Positions 26,069 through 40,804 of a stretch of 64,000 bases of DNA are shown here, one piece after another. The position numbers were made by a program, and so were the translations under genes. The notes beneath the pieces were generated by a model. It worked only from the letters and a program-made list of their open reading frames with translations, did not search any database and was not told the DNA's origin. The stretch's first letter is position 1; every line of letters starts with the position of its first letter. This DNA comes from the human T2T-CHM13v2.0 reference genome, Homo sapiens, in assembly GCA_009914755.4 (NCBI GenBank), contig CP068257.2, positions 19,872,001 through 19,936,000 on the forward strand. The letters run 5' to 3'.

Positions 26069-28593
26069 TTACAATGGATAGGAGATTCGACATGTAAATT
26101 ATGTGTGTTTCAAATATAGCCAACCAAGGTTAAGTAAAATATTCACTTGATAATACTTATGGTATTTATTATAATAAAAAAGTTAAAAATAACCTAAATG
26201 TTTGTCAGTTGGTAACTGGTTAAATATATGGTGGTACATACATACAACAGCATAGTATGCAGCATGAAAAAATAAAAGACAACTCTAAATATTCTTTTAT
26301 AGATTATAGCTAAAACTCAGTGTTAGTTCAAAAGGCTCAATTATATACAGTTAGTATATTATTTGTGTAAAAATAACTGTATGCATTTGATTCATATGTG
26401 CTGATATCTGTGTAGAATGTCTCTGGAAAAAAATTAATGTAATAAAAATTAAAATTAAAAAGGTCACCAAAAACAAAAATAAGAATTGTAAAGGCTACTA
26501 ACTAACCATTTTCTCTTGTTAATCTTGAATGTCCTTTCAGTAATATTTAATTATTTTTAATTTAAAGATATTTGTTTGCATATTAATTCTTAGTAAGAAA
26601 AAGAATTAAAATCAGAATTCACTAGTTCTGTCTTCTCTCTGCATTGTGCTTTAGTTCATCGTATATTTGTACCAATTGTTAATATAAGAAAATGTTTGAA
26701 TCATTTTCTTGCTAAGAATCATCAATAGCCACATTTCCACAAATAGTATACTCCTGTATGTCATCACAAACACTGGCATAATGCAGAATTTTTTAAAAGA
26801 ATCAATTGAAGAATAATGAAAACTAACACACAAACAGACCAAACAACATTAAGATCCAGTGGTGGTGGGCTCTTCATCCATCTTTACTTACTCTGTAGAT
26901 CTTACTTACTTGGGGCCCTTGATCAGATAATGTTGCTAAATCTGTGTGAATCACTGTCTCTTACAGACATCTGATTTTCAGAGCTAAAAAAGTTTATTCA
27001 CTTCTAGATTTCTTCTATTCTTATAAACACCCATTCTTCAAATTATGATGCATGTGTATGTGAGGTACCTACATACTCAGATAAGAGGAATGATATGGAA
27101 CTGTGATCTGATCAAAAGTGTTTTATATCCTTAGTGTTTTTTTCTATATAAGTCTCAGCATTTGTAGAGTCTGTTCAATCTTTGGACCATTGTAGATTTG
27201 TTGTTTGCTTGCTTTTTTTTTTTTTTTTTTTTTTTTGGTAATCCTAGTGTATATGCTTCCTAAGAGCAAATTTTAATATCCTATATCCACCATTATGATA
27301 AGAAACATAACAGTTTCCCTGCTCTGAATGTTCTAAATGTCCCACCCTTCCTCTAGTCCCTGGCAACTACAGACTTTATTATTGTCATTATGCATTTGTC
27401 ATTTCCGGAATGTCATATAGTTGGAATTAGAAAGTATTTAGTCGTTTCAAACTGCCTCAGTTGCCTTAGTAAATATATTTAAAGTTCTATATATTTTCAT
27501 GGTAGTTAGCTCATTTATTTTTTATTAGTAGTAATTTTCAGTTTTACCGATGGACCACAGCTTACTTACCCATTACCTACTATCCATTCACTTATTGAAA
27601 GACAAGTTGGTTACAATTTTTGGCAATTTATAAATAGTGTTACTGTAAACATTCATATGAAGACTGTTGAATGAATACAAATTGAAGTCCCCAACCCTTC
27701 TTTAGTTTTTTTTTTTTTTTTCTGTAACTATTTGAAATCTTTATTAGGAGTACCTCATGCCCAATTCTTCTGTCTCACTTTACTCCTTGTCATCACCAAA
27801 TAACTTCCTTGTTACTCTTTTTTTGGTTGTTGTTCAGTTGTGAGGCATGAAACATTATAATAAGTTTTCTAGTTTTCATCAATTGTGAAAAATTACATTC
27901 ACTGTTATATATTCAAAATTTGATAAAGACGACATTGGAGGATGAAGTTATAAATGAAAAGATATGCATATATGTTACAAAGATTATTTTATTTAAACTA
28001 TTTTCTTGAAAAACGTGAATAAGTTAGAAGTCCATAATCATTTTATAGTTAAGATCTTTCATACAAATGGGTAGACATATTTAAAAGAAGACAACACATA
28101 CAAATTTTGTCTTCTAAATTTTGAAATAAAAGCAACCCTTCTGAAGTATTTCAAATATTTTAAAATTTTAAAATGTTTTCTTTTTTATTATTTTAAAAAT
28201 GTTTTGAAATATTTTGATAGTTTCAAATGTGGCTAGTTAGAGGAAAGAAACCTACTTGATGCTGTACATTTTATTAACAAAATATTTTCATTTTTTTCAA
28301 AATAGAATATATACAGTAGGATTTTAAAATGTGTACCAATTTTGCAAAATAATTGATACAGTTTTGATGAGAAAATCTATCTAGAAAAAATGGAATTTCT
28401 TCCTTTTTTTCTGAGTGATAATATATGGTGAAACAAATTTAAATGGTAAAGCATTTCTCAGTGGTTTTCTTAAATTAACCAAGTTGGATTTATTTGGAGG
28501 AAGGTAGAATTGGGTGATTTTAAACTCTGTTTTTTTCCATAATGCATCCATTTTTAAATTACACAGGTGAGATGTTTCTCTTTATGTTTCTAG

Positions 28594-28713
28594 GAAAGAT
28601 GGATCAAAAGAACCAATAGTGGAGATGAGAACAGAGGATGAAAGAGTTACTAATCACGAAGATGGGAGCCCAGTAAATGAGCCAAATGAAACCACACCAC
28701 TGACAGAACCTGA
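28594..28713 (+). CDS. NCAM2: NCAM2 cytoplasmic exon (homologue of NCAM1 exon 17). Encodes (L)[40 protein letters not shown].
   Basis: Acceptor tttatgtttctag| and donor |GTATGTG. The reading frame is continuous with the TM exon. It is highly similar to NCAM1 [40 protein letters not shown]. Confidence 0.85.
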
Positions 28714-30385
28714 GTATGTGGCTTGGAGTGCTCACTTATGTTCAAATGGGTATTGGCAAAATGATAACACATTATTATTGTTGTATTACATATTTAAATA
28801 TTAATTATTTGTAAAAGAATTGTGCTTTTACTTTTTTGATGAAAGTACATGTGAATATCTAAAATCCATTTTCTAAGGAGACATTTTTCATGAAAACTTT
28901 GTATGAATGTCAGAGAAAGTCTGTTAAACCATATATCTGTAATTTAATGCAAAAGTATAAAAAGGTAAGTATCTTACAGAGTTTGAGGTTTTCAACAATA
29001 GTCTGTCTTTTTAAGATAGTGTTGTTTTCTCTTTCAAGATAAAATAATTATATTTACTGAAATAAGGACATGTTAGGAAATTTGTCATCGCTTTGAATAT
29101 AAATGTCATTGAAATATACGCACGGCTATTTTAAAAAGAAATATTTGTGCAGAGGAGAAAATAATATTAAAGTGTTTATCATTGCAATATCTATGTAGTA
29201 AATGATGCTTGGTTTCCATTCTTGATGTTATTTATTTTGCATCTCTAATAGCTCTGTTAAAACTATAGTAGATATCAAAAGCTGAAAAGATGAATATACG
29301 CCTAGATTCATGCACAGAATAATTAGAATAATTCAAAGCAAAGGCATTATTACAAAGTAGTAATAGTAGTATTCTTCTATTGGATGTATGTGGTACTAAC
29401 AAAACCATGGTGATCACACACTTCTTTACTGTGCACCAAAATAACTTTTTAATTTTATTATTTTTCAAAACAAATATTTATTTTTGTAACACCTAATATT
29501 TTCTTGCAGAGTAAACTGATTTAGGTTTCTCATCCTAAATCAAAGAAAAAATGTTGTCACAGATGAAGAAAATGATTTTATTTTCATAAATTCCCTCTGT
29601 CTACCCACAAGGGGCTGAAATAATTAATATTTACACAAATGCAAAGTACTACTCTATAGAAAAAAATTTAATATAAATCCTCGGGCCAATTTTAGTGATT
29701 GCATTTAGAGATTATTACAATGTAAATTCAAATTAACTGTATTAGATGTGGGTTCTACATTCTTCACTTTAGAAATAAGAGGTGTACATGAAAACTAGTT
29801 AAGAATATGCTCTTGGACCAGGCTATATTTTGGGAAAAAAGGGTAATTTAATAACTATTTCACAATTATAGAAAATTAATCACCAATATAAAATAATATG
29901 ATTAACAGTGATCTTAAACATATTTTACCTATACGTAAGTGGTGAGAAATTCTATACCCAGAAACAAACTATCAATTTGGTGAAAGCACTGGGTCATTAA
30001 AAACTTAATATATATTTCATGAGTAAGAGATATATTATTATGCTAACTTACTATCAGAACTCTAATCAGAACTCTTTCTCTACAGTTTGATGCTTGAGGT
30101 GACACATTGCTTTTATGACCTTGTATTGTCAATATTTTCAGTACTTGTGAATGCTAAAAAGGAATAACTGAGACTGCACTATTTATAACATATATAAAAT
30201 AGCCTGCTCTCATTGGTACAATGTTTTTTAATGTTTTTTTCATTCCCAGCAATGGATATTACTAGTTTTTGCCTATTACTTCTTTTGATTACTTCTGATT
30301 GCTTTGATCTGCAGAATGTTTTACCCTTCTCATTCAAAAATATAAAATAAATTACAAACAAATCCCAGATGAACTAGCATTGTAA

Positions 30386-30746
<361 letters not shown>

Positions 30747-31140
30747 TGGAATACTATTTCTAACTTAATTTTCTTGGTGTGGAAAAAGTATGTTGTTAAG
30801 GGAGAAAAACTCATCTCCAAATGTCATGTACACAATAGTAAACAATTGAATTTGCAAGTTTTAGGAAAATCTTGAAAGCACAATTCATTGGCATCGAAGT
30901 AGGGTTTATGACGCTGTCTTGATATTAAGAAATAAAGTTGTTATTGCTTCATAAGTTACAATTGCAAACAACTCAAAATCCGTGTTGCAAAGTGACATAA
31001 AAGTGACAAGAAAAACAATGTGAAAAGAGACAAAAGAAAACATATACAATAAATATTAAAAAGTGAGCAAGTCCTAAAATATGTTCATTTGCATTAAGTT
31101 CTAAGGAATATTGTTAATTCACTTAGTTTCTGAATTTTAT

Positions 31141-31405
31141 TTTATTTTATTTTAATAATAATTATTATTATTTGAGATGGAGTCTTGCTCTGTTGCCCAG
31201 GCTGAAGTGCAGTGGCATGATCTCAGCTCACTGCAATCTCCACCTCCCGGTTCAAGTGATTTCCGTCTAATTTTTGTAATTTTAGTAGATACCTGGTTTC
31301 ACCGTGTTGGCCCGGCTGGTCTTGAACTCCTGACCTCAAGTGATCCACCCGCCTCAGCATCCCAAAGTGCTAGGATTACAAGCATGAGCCACCACGCCCA
31401 GCCTG
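31141..31405 (-). mobile_element. Alu in reverse orientation with an internal deletion of about 70 bp and a degenerate T-rich head. It has a 15-bp TSD gtttctgaattttat and lies about 500 bp upstream of the last exon.
   Basis: The TSD is at 31126-31140 and 31406-31420. The body runs gagatggagtcttgctctgttgcccaggctgaagtgcagtgg...gcatgagccaccacgcccagcctg. Confidence 0.85.
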
Positions 31406-31902
31406 GTTTCTGAATTTTATGTAACAGAATATGGCAACAATTATTAATTGTTTTCACTGGAGAAAACGTAGTGCTAATAAATCATATCATTGACATTTAA
31501 AAATATTTTGGCATTTTACCTTCCATAACATGTAATTATATTTTGGAGATCAACAACTAGTTACCAAATCTAAGCCACCCTATAGTGAGCAATTTGGTGC
31601 ATCTATATCTACAAATATATTGTTTCATTCATCATTCTGCATTACATTTTTAAAAGGCCAAGTAATTGTTTTTACTCTCTTTTAGATCTTTTTAAATCTA
31701 TTTTATATTATGTTAATAAATTTAATTTTTCCTTTCTAATTATTGTAGCACGTTTTCTCTATAAAATAGTAACTTATTTAGCATATATAAAATGTTAGCA
31801 TATTATTGGAGCATATTTTCCTTACAAAACAGTAACTTAAAGGTTAAGGTACGTCTCCTTAAATACCTCAGAAAATGAAGCTTATTATTTTTTATCTTCC
31901 AG

Positions 31903-32014
31903 AAAATTGCCTTTAAAGGAAGAAGATGGGAAAGAAGCTCTAAATCCAGAAACTATAGAAATTAAAGTTTCTAACGACATCATTCAATCAAAAGAAGACG
32001 ACAGCAAAGCATAA
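31903..32014 (+). CDS. NCAM2: NCAM2 last coding exon. Encodes (E)[36 protein letters not shown] with stop TAA at 32012-32014.
   Basis: Acceptor ttttatcttccag|. The frame continues from the previous exon (GA + A = Glu). The C-terminus ...SKA matches the NCAM-family terminus (NCAM1 ...TKENESKA). Confidence 0.85.
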
Positions 32015-32183
32015 CAACAATATTACAGGGGCTTGAACAACACTACGAAGAGTATTTGGATTGCGTGACCCTATGACCAAAACTATTCCATTGACCTTAA
32101 TTTCTTGGGAAACTTCTAGCTTGGAATAGCTTGTACACATATACATATGATCAAATACTCCTGCCCATGATCCATTCCCTTTT

Positions 32184-32213
32184 GTTATTGTTGTTGTTGT
32201 TGCTGTTGTTGTT
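32184..32213 (+). repeat. (TTG)n/(TGT)n microsatellite in the 3'UTR, about 170 nt after the stop codon.
   Basis: ttgttattgttgttgttgttgctgttgttgtt. Confidence 0.9.
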
Positions 32214-34299
32214 AATTTTGTTAAGAATTTCAATATCAAGACTGACTGGCACCAACACTTTGGTATTCAATTTGATTCTATGACTGAAGTACTGGAATTT
32301 ATTATGTGGCTAAAGTGCTCTATTTATTAAGAACTATATTTAATACCACCAACAAATATAGGGGTTAAGGAAAAAAAACGTGAGCTACATGTGTAAGAAG
32401 GCCCTGCATGTGTATGAGTCCTATTCTGGGCAAATAGATTCTTAAAGTGGCTTTCAACTTCAAGATGAAGGAGCTTAATAATGGTTACTCATTTTATCAG
32501 GGGAATTTCAGGGAACGTAGGCGTCCAAGAGCCAGTTATCTTTAGCAGATATTAAAAATTGAAAACTTTGGAGAACTCATTTCAAGTTATGATTCAGTGC
32601 ATTTTCAACATTGATTTTTGATAGACTGAAGTGCCAGATCAAAATTGTTACCCATTTGAAAGAATATTAGTTGTATATAAAATTAGATTAGAAAGACTTT
32701 CTAAATCTCTATCTCTTTATATATGTCCTATTCATTCACAATGGATTATACAAAAAAAAGTGTATTGCAAGTGAAATAATATTGATTTCTGCCCTCAGCT
32801 TCAAATAAAGTAAATTGAAATGGGAACAATATCAATATGGTGTCTTGATATATTTATAAATATGTGATTATCATTTATTTTTAAAATAATTTATCAAAAA
32901 ACAAGTCTTTAGTGTTCAAATACTTCAAATCATATCCTCAGATATATTTTTAGCCCATGGTTTTATATAATCTTTAAGAACTAATTTTACCACTGTTATA
33001 GGTTCACCATTAAATATAATTGGCTAATAAAAATTTTAAGGTTGACTAAATTAAGAAGAAATTATTTAACATTTTAATGTGCCATAAAAGAGTAAATGAT
33101 AAATAATTAAATGCCACTATGTGTTCTATTCCGGATGTTCTAGCTAGAAGTCATTTTAAGATTTTGATAAACAACTTTGGTTGAAGAAATTCCTTAAGTA
33201 TTCAACACAAACTTTCTAATATCTTTTGTTAGGGTTATACCAGAATAAAATGCTTCTTTACTTCCAAGCTATGCAAGCTCCCAGAGGTAATAGAGTGACA
33301 CATGATTTAACTTATATGTAAGGTTTAAAAAAGTATTTATCATTATAAACATACATACCATTTGGGAGCAGGTTTATTAACCTTGAGAGCCAAAGGTTTC
33401 CTTAGGCCCTGTAACATTCAGAACCTTTGGTGTTTCAGGTGGTATTATAGCTCAAATAGTGACAGGACAGGGAATGCGTTCCAAAGGAATATTGGAGCAA
33501 TTTTAACATTGCAGAAACCTGCTCTGGGTGTGTCTCTCTGTAGAGATAACCTGATGATTATTAAATGTAAAATTAAGGCAACTCATGAATATTTTTATTT
33601 ACAAAGTGCTTGAAACTCAGCCAAGGAGAGAAAACTAAGTACTTTTATATAATTCATCACTTTTCTGGCTACAGCAGGACAGAATATGACCATCTTCGTT
33701 TGAAGGCACCAAATCGTCGCAGTGTCTTTGCCATAAGTTGCAGGGTTAAATGCGGAAATCTCTCCTTGCGTTCCTGTCTGGCGTATTCTGAAGAAAAGAA
33801 CAGAATTCTTGTGCCTACCTAAGAATTTGAGTAGTGTCTAAACAAACAAAGCAGTTAGGTCATTTTAACTGACTTGATTATCCAACTGGTCTTTGACAGA
33901 TTTGACTGTTCATATTTAGTTTATGTTTGTCTGATCATCCAGTTTGCTTTATTTTGCTGTGTTTTATTTTGTTGTTTGTTTTGTTTTGTACCAGTGTACT
34001 AAAACTAGTCAAAATACTTGAATTAGTTTGTTTGTGCAAAGTGTACAAGCTTAGTAAAGTGTCCATGAAGCAATAGCCATGAATGCTAATTATTTCTAAA
34101 TAGGGCCACATGGTTTTAAACTAATGATGGTGAAAGAAATACGATGACTGAGAAAGTCATTTCGCATGTTTACTATTGTTATATTCGTGCTTTACTTCAA
34201 GAGTGCAGAAATCATAATAAATAACAAACTATTTTTGTGTTTTCTCAATGTGACATTTCTGTTTCTCTCATTTATTCGGATTTTCCTTGTAAAGAAATT

Positions 34300-34372
34300 G
34301 ACATATATTTCATATATATATACACATATATATATATACACATATATATACATATATATATATGATGTTAAA
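34300..34372. repeat. (TA)n/(TATACACA)-type compound microsatellite inside the putative 3'UTR.
   Basis: catatatatatacacatatatatatatacacatatatatacatatatatatatg. Confidence 0.9.
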
Positions 34373-37055
34373 TTTCCTGCCACTCATGTGGAGTAATGAT
34401 CTGAAATTAACAGATAATCTGAAGCTAATTATATTCAGACTATTTCAAGTGCACTGTTTCAGTTGCCCGGGTGGTCCTTACCTCTTGTCCTTGAAATCCA
34501 TGCCATGCTGAAGCAAGGCAATACTGTGATAAAGTATTTTTTTTAATATTTCAATGGAATGCTCCAAATGATTTATAAAAATTTCAAAATAAAAGATGGC
34601 TTGTAGTAAATTGTAAAATATGAGTATAACTGAAATAACCTGTTTCATTCTTATTCTAGATTAAACAAACATATACATATAACCATATAAATGTTATTTT
34701 TATTGTCTGAGAGTACTCTTAAATATTAGTATAAAGTGTCAAAAGAATTGACTGAATATAAGTACTGTTAAAATAATTTGAACCCTATGATATTTTAAAC
34801 CAAGAGGCAAAGATATCACCTAAAACTTGGTATTTCTTGATAGGTTAGGTGCAATTAGGCAGTGACAATCTGTATTCAACAACATATAAGAGGAAAGAGT
34901 AATATCAGAATTTTGACACAAATTAATGTGTCAACATATTTTACAATGATTGTCAAAGGAATTTAAGAATTGTATTTTTAAAGATTTATTTATTATTTTT
35001 GTGGGCTAAGACATTGCCATTCTATTGATACTAATGTCTAACATTAATGTTTCTTGTTTTCTTTTATTTTTAATATTAATAACTATAAAAGCATTTTTCA
35101 AAGGCTATTTGATCCAGCACACTTCATATGGATCTTAGTCTTTGAATTAAATATTTATATAAATAGATTTCATTAATCAAATTATTTATTTGTGTGCCAA
35201 CAATTAATTGTAACTTTATGATCATATCTTTGTTTATGCTTCTTATTTTAAATAATTAAGATGTATCTGTGCCTTTTAATTAGCATGACAGTCTGCTTTA
35301 TTAAAAGAAAAAAACTACAATTAACATCATTACTAGTATATTTTGCTTAGATTTGAGATACTCAAATGATGCTGTCTTATTTACAGTCAGTAATTAAGTT
35401 CAATTCAAACTATTTTACCTTGAATATAAAATCTAAATATAATAAACTATACTGTATAATTTACTTTAATTCATGTCAAAACAATTCTTTTTATACACAC
35501 ACATGAAATATTCTTAATCTGTTCTGTATTGTTTTTCTAAACAATAAATACATTCTAGATATTGTTGAAATTAAATTTTGCCAGTTGTAAGACAAAGACA
35601 ACAGATAACTTTTGAAAATCAAGCAAATTACTATGGTGTTTCTTGGGTCTTCATTATTCCATTTATATATATTTTTTATTTCGAATAATAAATCAACCTT
35701 TATTTTTGGCAATAAGATTATCACTGACGAAAATATGTACAGTTCAAGAAGTAGAAATAATATTTTCCATTAGTTAATTTAGGAAATATTGGAATAGCAT
35801 ATTATAATTATTTATGAGGTTCCCAATGTTGTTTTTCACAGAAAATAAGGTAAACATTCAACTTAAATCCCCCATGAAGTTTTTTCATGCTCATACTCAT
35901 AATCATTATCACATAATGTGCTTATTCAACAAACTTTGTATCTGGATATATTTTTAACAATAAGTTTGTTAGCATTATTTATTTATCTTTAGAGAGAAAA
36001 TATTTGCATCTGTTTATTTACCCTTTGAAGCATTAATACTTAGTCACTCACATTGAAATTGCATATGGATGTATCAACATAGGCTAAAATTAAATTATGG
36101 ATGTCGCAGAAATGAAATACTTCATCTTAGAAGGTAAAATTTTCAAGAAAGTATTTTATTCATGGACTTAATAATGTCTTAAGATGAAACAATTTTATGT
36201 CCAAATGAGAAATTTATAAAAAGACCCACATATAGTAGTTGCTGAACAAACATAATTTTCTTCCAGCTCCCATCCTTCCTTTTTGAAAAATTGAATTTAC
36301 CCATGTAGATGCAGCTATTTACAATTATACAAGAATGCGAATAGATTAATTATATCTTCTCATATAAAGGCAAAGAATTTTATATTATATATAATGCTAA
36401 ATATTTATTTGATAACACAATATTCTTAGAAAAATAGTTTATTACTTTAGGATTTTATCTATAACATAAATATATTATTTGTTATTACCTCTTTAAATTT
36501 TCATTTTATACAATTTTTGAGATTCTGGCCACACAACATTCAGAATTATTGCTCATGTAAATTTAAATATTGCTACTTATTTTTTTTCTTTTCTGAAATG
36601 AAAACATGAATCTTTTGGCATCTGTTTTTAGCCTCCCATGGAAGACAGTAAGCAAAACCATCACTGTTGGAGAATTTCAAATCACAACCCGACATAGGAG
36701 AGTAGAGAAACAAAGAAATGAGTGGATCTAGAAAGGCAAACTGAATTGCTATATTTGGAATAGCTAAGAAGGACCTGACTTTGAGAAGTGCTAGACCAGG
36801 GACTAGGAACGTTGCTTAGATAAAAATTATGGCCGATTACACTGATGCGAAGGAGAAAACAGTGTAACACAGAGGAGAAAGTTAACAGAGATAGAATCTA
36901 TGATTTAATTTTGCAAATAGTTTTTTTAGAGAACAACATGCATACTATAAAAGAAATGATACTATTAAGAACAAACCTACTTGTTCCAACTCTTAAAGAA
37001 ATATTCATGGTTTAGCATTTGCCTCTAAACCCTGTTAGAAATATGTGAAGTTAGA

Positions 37056-37061
37056 AATAAA
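37056..37061 (+). promoter_or_regulatory. Candidate poly(A) signal AATAAA, followed by T8/GT-rich sequence.
   Basis: agaAATAAAggttttttttaaaaaaagcttttttggtatgtg. The hexamer plus a U-rich downstream element is present. Confidence 0.3.
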
Positions 37062-37383
37062 GGTTTTTTTTAAAAAAAGCTTTTTTGGTATGTGAACTGT
37101 ATGCTGTGCTCAGTATGTACTGAAACATACTATCTTTTATTTTCTTTAATTTATATATTCCATTCAAATTCTATATTCTTAAGTTAGCTACCACAACGTT
37201 TTCTTATTGTTTCAATATGGTATGTCCCAATGAAATGCTGTATATATATGTCTAAACTGTAAAAATTATACTGCAAATGTTGAAGTTTTGTATTTATGAG
37301 AGACATTGAAAGTATGGCTTACAGTATATCAAACTTGTCACACTTCACCATTTGTATATTAATAGTAAAGATACTTTTACTTT

Positions 37384-37389
37384 AATAAA
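37384..37389 (+). promoter_or_regulatory. Candidate poly(A) signal AATAAA, followed by a GU-rich element.
   Basis: tttAATAAAgtgttgcattttatgtttattttg. Confidence 0.3.
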
Positions 37390-37601
37390 GTGTTGCATTT
37401 TATGTTTATTTTGAATAACATTTCTGCAGTGAGCAAGCTTATGGCTTTTCAAATACTTCTGTGTTAAGAAATTTCCAAACATATATCTAGATATTCTAAA
37501 GAAGAGAATGCTTTCTGCCATCTTATCTCTCAATGAGTTACAATCTTTTGGCTTCTACACTGAGCAGAGCTCAGAGAATTAATGAATAAACAGTTGGTTT
37601 A

Positions 37602-37790
37602 GAGCAGTGGTTCTCAAGATGTGACCCCCTAGAGCAGCATTACCTGGGAACTTGTTCGAATTGTAAATTTCTAGACCTCACCAGAGATTCGATCAATCAG
37701 AAGGTTGTAGGAGAGGGCCATGGTAATTTGTGTTTCAATAAGAATTTCTGATGATTCTGATGCACGCTAAAATTTGAGGTCCAATGGATT
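37602..37790. mobile_element. MER5A-like hAT-Charlie DNA transposon (non-autonomous, about 190 bp) with terminal inverted repeats.
   Basis: gcagtggttctcaagatgtgaccccc...cacctgggaacttgtt...ctgatgattctgatgcacgctaaaatttgagg. This matches the MER5A consensus I recall (cagtggttctcaaagtgtggtcc...tgattctgatgcacgctaaagtttgagaaccactg). Confidence 0.6.
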
Positions 37791-39534
37791 AGAGACACTT
37801 TATTTTTTCATTTACCAAATTGTGTTGATCAATTTATAAATGCTAGGCAACCAACTAAATATAGCAGTTATGCTTTAACGCAATGTATGCATTCCCCAAC
37901 AGCATCATATTCTGCAAAATAATGCACTTAATAATAAAAAGACTTGAAGGAAAAATAAGTTTGGAACAAACCAGTCAAAATGTAAACAACTGTGGAACCA
38001 GAGCATTGTCACAAGTTAACAGCAAACAACCATTCTTTAAAAGAGAGTATAAACATTGGAACATATTGAATGATAGTCTATTATTAACTTCTGTTTCAAA
38101 GCTAATCATTTCACACATGATTTCACAAGTACTTTTCATTTTTTAAAACTAGTATAAATGTGACTTACTCTTAAAAACTAAAAATCTGAGTGCCAACTTT
38201 TCACAACGGGGCAATTTTCAATGTAAGCTTTACAAATACCTCAAAATACATACACATATAGAATAAAAATAACATCAAACACTTTGAAAAGTGAAGAAAA
38301 AGATATATATTGTGCTTGGTATTTCAGTATTCTATGTTTATTATAAAGACAATTAAAATAAAATACAAACTATGCCTCATGAAAGAAGCCAAAATTAAGT
38401 CTCTGATGTGTTTTGGAAATTGTGCAGGTAACCCTGATAATATTTTAGAGAATTTCTTCCACATTTTTTCTAACCCAAGGCATTGCCTAAATACAAATTC
38501 TCTTTATTATACATTAAATAATGAACATATTTCTCCTAAGTTTCATGCCATATATGGCCTCAGCATTTTAAATTTCTTTTTTAACATGAGTTTTTAATAC
38601 ACAAATTAAAATGTTCTCAAAATATAAATATTATTTTATATTTTATATGAGGTGTCATATATGTACTCGTCTTTGGCATAAACTTGTTCTTTAATAGAAC
38701 GCATACGTTTGTGTATTTTAACTTTTCTGGATAACTTTAACATCTTCCATAGATAGCCTTTTGCATTTTATTTTTTGGTAGAGTGGCCACTATAATAATA
38801 TAAAATTTATTACACTTTAATTTAGTCTTTAATTTAGATTTTTATTAATATATGGGCTGTAAAGTCAGATATTTCTAGTATTTAAATGTCTTCATATTTG
38901 GAAAACAAGATTAACTTGATTATTTTAGTTTACATCAACCTTTCCAATTCCACCTCCAATTTCCACACTTCCTACTTCTCTCATCTTTCTTTCATCTATC
39001 TCAATCATGACCAATGTCAGAAACTGGCCTGAGAAGTTTGAGATATATAAAGAAAAGGATATTTACCAAAATCAGTCCAAAACATTTGTATACCATCACA
39101 TCTGGAGATGAAGCAAATACCAATTATCTTGGAAGAGTCGTTTTTGAAAATAGAGTTTTTGAAGGAAGTTGCAATTTTCTTTGTGTTGGGAAGCATTGGC
39201 TGAAGAGAAGGAAATAGGCATCTAGTTTGTAAGCAAGGACACAGACTGAACCCACAGAGGGGATGCAACACACATCCAGGGTTTATTCAATGCTGTTTGA
39301 GGAAGCTTTAGCACTAGGTTTGACTATGTGAAGGTCCCCTACTAATTATAAGGGAAGTACTCTCTGAAAAGCATAAAAAAAATTTTCACCAATTCAGAAA
39401 CCAAGAGATCCAAGAGATCCACACATTTACTCAGCAGAAGAGAAAAGAATTTCCTACGTCTTTGCAACCAGGATGCAAAACTGGGATCCTTGGAGTAATA
39501 TTGAAAAACAGATGAGAACCGAGATATTAGAATT

Positions 39535-39757
39535 AGAATAAACCTAGGTTCACACCCCAATTCCGTTACCTATTACTAGCTCTGAATGTGATAAATTTAG
39601 ATAAAAATTTGCAGCTTTATTTCCTCATGTATAAAATTGTTATCCTAAAGTAAATAATATTCATCTTCAAGAGATGATTTAAAGATTTATTGAGATCATA
39701 TTTATGCAGTTCTTCATGCAATGTCTACCACACAGAAAATACCAATAAATAGTAGCC
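39535..39757 (+). mobile_element. MIR (mammalian-wide interspersed repeat, SINE) core and 3' region.
   Basis: ggttcacaccccaattccgttacctattactagctctgaatgtgataaatttag...cagctttatttcctcatgtataaaattgttat...caatgtctaccacacagaaaataccaataaatagtagccat. This parallels the MIR consensus ..ttcgaatcccggctctgccacttactagctgtgtgaccttgggcaag...cctcagtttcctcatctgtaaaatgg...cagtgcctggcacatagtaagcgctcaataaatgttagc. Confidence 0.65.
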
Positions 39758-40804
39758 ATGAGTATCTTTATATCCGCCATATTTCAACATCGATTCTCAG
39801 AGTAAGTTACGTTAGACAGTAACCTATTATTGAATAACAAATTGAAATGTAGTAGTGACTTAAAACATTAACAATGTATTATTTTTTATGATTTCACATA
39901 TTGATTTGAATAAATTCGGTAATTATTTTGCAACATATGATGTAGCTGAGCTCCCTTAAGTGGCTACCAGCTTCTAAAAGGCAACCTTCCAAATGGAAGT
40001 CCCAATATGCAAATGCTCCCCAAGCCTCTATTTGCATCATGCTTGTGATGTTCAGTCAGTCACATTAAATCATATGGATAAGCACATAGTCAATGTGTTT
40101 GCATAGAGGGTGTAAACAAGGGCATAATGCACTGAGCACAATTAATGTCACAATGTAGCTCAATATTCCTTATGTCTCCTAATGTTTCACATCTTTTCCA
40201 CATGCTAAACTCACTCAAACCCTTCCTGAAACTTTCAATGTATATTATTGTGTTATCATGATAAGATTTGAATTTTAGAATTTATTCAACTAAGTTAATC
40301 CCAGGTGATCATAGCATCTCAGGGATTACACCTGGGTTCAATTCTTCAGTGCAGAGTTCTGTCCACTAAAAAGATAATGTAACTCCTTCTGGAAAACTCT
40401 ACAGATAATTATAAGGCAGGAGCAGGATATAACAATAGACACGGCAATTCAAATAATAGGGAAGGAATTGGAGACTTTTGACAGTTATGTGTCTGTAGAA
40501 ATTTTGAGATCCAGTCAGAAAAAAATGACCAATTCCATCACCCACTGCCCCCCACCATCAGCACAGGGAATTTTCCTTAATTAGGGTTTGATTCCATTCC
40601 AAGGGTAAGATAACTATCTATATTGTTCTTCGTATTGTTAGGGTCACTCTTTGAGATATTCCTACTTTTCTATAGGAAAGAGTACGTGATTATAGCTGGG
40701 TAAATTTCTTGGCTTGTTTCTTGGCCAGATGTATTTACTGCCTAGAAAACTATTTTCATTTAAACTTCTTAAGTCCCACTAAATTCAAGCTGATACAACT
40801 TTTT

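Larger units (their letters stand above)
32015..37405 (+). other. NCAM2: Putative NCAM2 3'UTR. The start is certain and the distal end is uncertain. The region is AT-rich and unique, with internal (TTG)n and (TA/CA)n microsatellites.
   Basis: The sequence runs straight on from the stop codon with no donor site or repeat interruption. Candidate AATAAA signals with U/GU-rich downstream elements lie at 37056-37061 and 37384-37389. A proximal AATAAA lies at 32804-32809. My recollection that the NCAM2 mRNA is about 8 kb favours the distal sites, but I cannot verify that here. Confidence 0.35.
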
